A stretch of DNA of 64,000 nucleotides from a virus. Lineage: Duplodnaviria > Caudoviricetes. Every line of letters starts with the position of its first letter. The first letter of the stretch is position 1. The notes under the pieces were generated by a model, which was given only the letters and a program-made list of their open reading frames with translations, made no database searches and was not told where the DNA came from. Shown piece after piece: positions 62,490 through 64,000 of this stretch. The position numbers and the translations under genes are program-made. Location: positions 32,001-96,000 of the IMG/VR virus record IMGVR_UViG_2788499951_000002. One strand, given 5' to 3'.

Positions 62490-64000
62490 ATGACAGCACC
62501 GATCAAAGTCACCAAGCGTAGCGGCAAGACAGCAGAACTCGACATCGAGCGTATCCACAAGGTAGTCGAATGGGCATGTGAGGGGATCACCGGTGTTTCC
62601 ATCTCCGACATCGTCCTCTCAGCCAAACTGAAGTTTTACAACCGTATTCCCACCCGTGAGATTCATTCATCCCTGATCGACACTGCAGAAGAACTCACCA
62701 CTGTCGACACACCCAACTATGACAAGGTCGCCGCCCGCCTCTATGGCTTCGATCTCCGCAAGCGAGTGTATGGCTCATTTGAGGCACCTGAACGTTACAG
62801 CAAGCTGTTCACTTCTCTGATCAAGAAGGGTCTCTATACCAAAGAGTTCGGTGACATCCCGAAGGCATTCATCGACCGCCTGTGGGACAAACATGTCAAA
62901 CAGGATAACGAGTATGAGATCCCGTGTTATGGTCTCAAGCAGCTCGAGAAGAAGTACTGTGTGACCAGCCGCACCACAGGAAAGGTACACGAGACGCCCT
63001 CAATGGTGTACTTCCGTGCAGCACTGGTTGGGGCCATGCAGCGACATGTGAAGATGGATTACATGTCTGAGGAGTATCTGAATGCCGTCGAGACGACTTT
63101 CAAAGTTTACCTCGACCAGTTCGCAAACGACGCAGAGAACAGTCTTCCGTCCCCGATCATGAACGGTGTCGGTACTCCTCTCCGTCAGTACTCCAGCTGT
63201 ACTGGTATCGATGTGGGTGACTCCATCCCCTCGATCAATGCGGGGTCTGCGTCCATCGTGACATACGTGACCCAGCGTGCAGGAATCGGTGCAAACGTGG
63301 GGCGGATTCGTGCAATCGGTGAGGACGTTCGTGGTGGGGAGGTTCGCCACACTGGTCTGGTGCCGTTCATCAAGAAGCTTCAGGGTGATGTTCACTGTGT
63401 CTCTCAGGGCGGATACCGCAAGTCAGCCGCAACGATGTTCTTCCCAATCTGGCACTTCGAGTTCCCCGAACTGGTCGTGCTGAAGGACAACACGCTGGTT
63501 GAAGAGACCACGGCTCGCCATCTGGACTATGGCATCACGATCAACGGGTACTTCTATGAGAAGCTCCTGAGAGGAGAGGACATCACACTGATCTCTCCGC
63601 ATCATGAGAATCATCGTCTGTATGAGGCATTCGCACTCGGTAAAGACGAGTTCGCCGAAGTGTACGAAGAGATGATTGCCAATCCGAAGTACCGCACCCG
63701 TCGCTACAGTGCTGCTGAGATCTTCACCCAGATGTTCCTGATGCAGCGCAAGGAAACCGGTCGGATCTACTTCGTAAACATTGACCATGCGAATGCTCAT
63801 GGTGCGTTCGATCCGACAAAGGCTCCGGTTCACTTCAGTAACCTCTGTGTGGCCCCTGAGACGCTGATCCTGACTGACCAAGGGTATCAGGTCATCTCGG
63901 AGCTGGAAGGGCAGGAAGTGGCCGTATGGAACGGTGAGGAGTTCTCCAAGACCACGGTTCAGAAGACCGGTAAGAACCAGAAGCTGATCACGGTCAAGAC
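62490..64000 (+). CDS. nrdA: Class I ribonucleotide reductase alpha subunit with ATP cone, 3'-truncated (absent from ORF track)
   Basis: MTAPIKVTKRSG ATP cone; ETP, LPSPIM, QYSSC, RAGIG, SQGG.R, ETGRIY, SNL followed by an intein. Confidence 0.95.
   Translation, partial: MTAPIKVTKRSGKTAELDIERIHKVVEWACEGITGVSISDIVLSAKLKFYNRIPTREIHSSLIDTAEELTTVDTPNYDKVAARLYGFDLRKRVYGSFEAPERYSKLFTSLIKKGLYTKEFGDIPKAFIDRLWDKHVKQDNEYEIPCYGLKQLEKKYCVTSRTTGKVHETPSMVYFRAALVGAMQRHVKMDYMSEEYLNAVETTFKVYLDQFANDAENSLPSPIMNGVGTPLRQYSSCTGIDVGDSIPSINAGSASIVTYVTQRAGIGANVGRIRAIGEDVRGGEVRHTGLVPFIKKLQGDVHCVSQGGYRKSAATMFFPIWHFEFPELVVLKDNTLVEETTARHLDYGITINGYFYEKLLRGEDITLISPHHENHRLYEAFALGKDEFAEVYEEMIANPKYRTRRYSAAEIFTQMFLMQRKETGRIYFVNIDHANAHGAFDPTKAPVHFSNLCVAPETLILTDQGYQVISELEGQEVAVWNGEEFSKTTVQKTGKNQKLITVK
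63846..64000 (+). mobile_element. Intein N-terminus in NrdA at the catalytic SNL^C site
   Basis: SNL|CVAPETLILTDQGYQVISELEGQEVAVWNGEEFSKTTV is an intein block A in place of the expected CxEI. Confidence 0.88.

Noticed and set aside
1-64000. Alternative genetic code (stop-codon reassignment)
   Set aside because: Genes tile densely under the standard code, with TAA, TGA and TAG all used as stops, and no suppressor tRNA is present.

Overview
A 64-kb segment of a large lytic myovirus distantly related to T4, probably infecting a Gram-negative host (two-component spanins) and possibly a salt-adapted one (many proteins look Asp/Glu-rich by eye). Positions 1-23.3 kb form a late structural block: tape-measure-like protein with a lytic transglycosylase, baseplate genes (tube initiator, gp53, hub, gp5 spike, PAAR, gp25, gp6, gp7-like), a repeat-rich long tail fibre with chaperone, a lysis cassette and the large terminase. 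Positions 23.3-33.7 kb hold a reverse-strand array of divergent paralogues, a 1901-aa five-module spike/fibre protein flanked by two paralogous small genes, a candidate small terminase and an apparently inactivated lysozyme-like protein. Positions 33.9-64 kb carry replication, recombination and nucleotide metabolism genes: PhoH, dNMP kinase, intein-containing UvsX/RecA, UvsY, UvsW, a minimal DnaE-like polymerase split into two distant genes, GroES-like protein, HAD nucleotidase, MazG-like protein, clamp loader, RNA ligase plus kinase-phosphatase, primase-like protein, helicase, ThyA, rIIA/rIIB and an intein-containing NrdA cut by the window edge. Seven tRNAs are also present. The most notable unexplained elements are (i) a ~480-nt multi-pseudoknot structured RNA candidate directly after the last tRNA, (ii) a CCA-ended acceptor-stem microhelix at the head of the tRNA cluster, (iii) a shared Leu-terminated C-terminal motif in about eleven accessory proteins, and (iv) promoter elements nested inside palindromes. 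All calls rest on motif recognition and manual base-pairing; no searches were run.
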